IMG/VR virus record: IMGVR_UViG_2884546135_000003
Span: 1,708-65,707 of that record
Length of the DNA stretch: 64,000 bases
Source: a virus
Lineage: Duplodnaviria > Caudoviricetes
Reading direction: 5' to 3' (one strand)
Position numbers and translations under genes: made by a program. Position 1 is the first letter of the stretch. Each line of letters starts with the position of its first letter. Under the pieces are notes generated by a model that saw nothing but the letters and a program-made list of their open reading frames with translations, was not told the DNA's origin and searched no databases. Below, in pieces: positions 62,806-64,000 of the stretch.

Positions 62806-63462
62806 ATGCCGACGATGTTTGAACAGGCAATGCGCCTGGATATGGAAGAGCAAGCGCAGCGTGACGAGCAGTCAGACCTGCAATTTCAGGACTACGTCAA
62901 ACCGTGGATGCTGGCGTGCTTTGGTCAGGAGATTGCCGACAACATCATCGAACGCAATCACCGCTTCCTTGAAGAGGCGCTTGAACTTGTCCAGGCGGAA
63001 GGCTGCACACGGTCTGAAGCGCACCAGCTTGTCGACTATGTTTTCGACCGGCCAATCGGTGAACCGCATCAGGAGGTCGGCGGCGTCATGGTGACGCTTG
63101 CGGCGCTCTGCCTGGCTGCAAATCTGAACATGCACAAGGCAGGTTCTGATGAGCTGAAAAGGGTATGGAAAAAGAAAGACCAGATCCGTGCGAAGCAGGC
63201 CGCCAAGCCGAAGCATTCGCCCGGCATGATCAGCGTGAAGGAAACAGTAGAGAAGAGAACACTTCGAACCGGTCGCGTCGAATACACGATCCAACTCGAA
63301 ATCGGAGACGGTGAATGTGTCCGCGACATCATCGCTTTCGAGTTTGATAGAAAGAGTCTCTCAAGCTTCCGACAAGCGCGTGACCGCGCTTACTGGCTTT
63401 GCTGCGGCCTCTCTCAAGCAGAAAACATTTTGAAGCCGCTCGCTCAATCTTCGGCAGCGTAA
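62806..63462 (+). CDS. MazG-like nucleotide pyrophosphohydrolase domain protein
   Basis: W...CFG......ER..RFLEEALELVQA, V..RP.GE..QE.GGVMVTLAAL. Confidence 0.7.
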   Translation: MPTMFEQAMRLDMEEQAQRDEQSDLQFQDYVKPWMLACFGQEIADNIIERNHRFLEEALELVQAEGCTRSEAHQLVDYVFDRPIGEPHQEVGGVMVTLAALCLAANLNMHKAGSDELKRVWKKKDQIRAKQAAKPKHSPGMISVKETVEKRTLRTGRVEYTIQLEIGDGECVRDIIAFEFDRKSLSSFRQARDRAYWLCCGLSQAENILKPLAQSSAA

Positions 63463-63478
63463 CCAGAAAGGCCCGGCT

Positions 63479-64000
63479 ATGGGATATGGCTGCTACGAGC
63501 TGAACGGACGCGACCAAGGATATGGCGTGCCGTGCAAATGCGATCACCCGGATTGCGGCGAGGAAATTCATCGCGGGATGGCTTTTGCGTGTGGCGGCGA
63601 CCCGATGGAGAACTGCGGACTGTTCTTCTGCAACAGGCATCTGGCCAACTGGCGAGACGACGACGGCAACGGGTGTTGCGAGCGGTGCGCATCAGATCAA
63701 CCCGCATTCGATCCGAAGCCGGATATTCAGGAATGGATTGACTGGAAACTGACTGACGAGAGTTGGGCCGCCTGGCGGGCTGAGAATCCGGAGTGGGTCG
63801 CGAAGCACCAATCAATGTCGCCTGAGCCGAACGCCAAGCGCCATAGCGTTACGCCGAAGAGTTGTGACGTTGGCTGGCACATGCTCGCCTTCGCGTTCCT
63901 GGCCGTCACGGGCGCTGCGTTGGCTTTCGCCCCGCCCATAAGCACTGGTGGCGTGCGGGATGCTGTGGAAGGCCCGCTCTGGCATCTGGTCGCGCCATAA
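63479..64000 (+). CDS. Cys/His-rich conserved phage protein
   Basis: MGY...GRD.GYGV...CDHP.C...I.RG....CGG......CG..FC..HL. Confidence 0.65.
   Translation: MGYGCYELNGRDQGYGVPCKCDHPDCGEEIHRGMAFACGGDPMENCGLFFCNRHLANWRDDDGNGCCERCASDQPAFDPKPDIQEWIDWKLTDESWAAWRAENPEWVAKHQSMSPEPNAKRHSVTPKSCDVGWHMLAFAFLAVTGAALAFAPPISTGGVRDAVEGPLWHLVAP

Noticed and set aside
1-64000. Integrase/attP, reverse transcriptase (DGR or retron) and transposases
   Set aside because: No tyrosine or serine recombinase, RT or DDE motifs recognised; a temperate lifestyle is inferred only from the repressor, operators, LexA box and PrtN-like gene

Overview
The window is most of a tailed dsDNA phage (or prophage) genome with an HK97-like siphovirus morphogenesis module. 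An alphaproteobacterial (rhizobial) host is inferred from gene types, CTTGAC-type promoters and an alpha-type LexA box. Read on the minus strand from right to left it contains: recombination and replication genes (Sak4-like ATPase, DUF669-like SSB, beta clamp, Cas4-like nuclease, sigma-like factor, SF2 helicase); an RNA-repair operon (Pnkp, HNH, PRTase-like, sulfotransferase-like, Rnl1); two DNA methyltransferases flanking a GIY-YIG nuclease; a primase-helicase; a small regulatory island at 33-35.4 kb; tRNA-Thr(UGU) and tRNA-Pro(UGG); packaging, head and tail genes; lysis genes; and a protease/nucleotide-metabolism operon. A second regulatory island (57.8-60.8 kb) and a plus-strand arm of small genes close the window. 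I found no integrase, DNA polymerase, reverse transcriptase or CRISPR array. The most notable signals are: (1) the RNA-repair operon carrying sulfotransferase-like and PRTase-like genes; (2) a palindromic ACAAATTTGT operator at 13 intergenic sites, a repressor with a degenerate S24 domain, and a small gene behind a LexA box (antirepressor candidate); (3) an HTH/PAS-like/GNAT-like cassette; (4) a C5 methyltransferase with an overlapping alternative-frame subunit and a G9 tract; (5) a frameshifted secreted moron; (6) a TGCGCA iteron-like cluster; (7) a structured ORF-free stretch upstream of the tRNAs. All family assignments come from motif recognition by eye, not from database searches. Start codons were refined manually where an RBS or stop-start overlap supported it.
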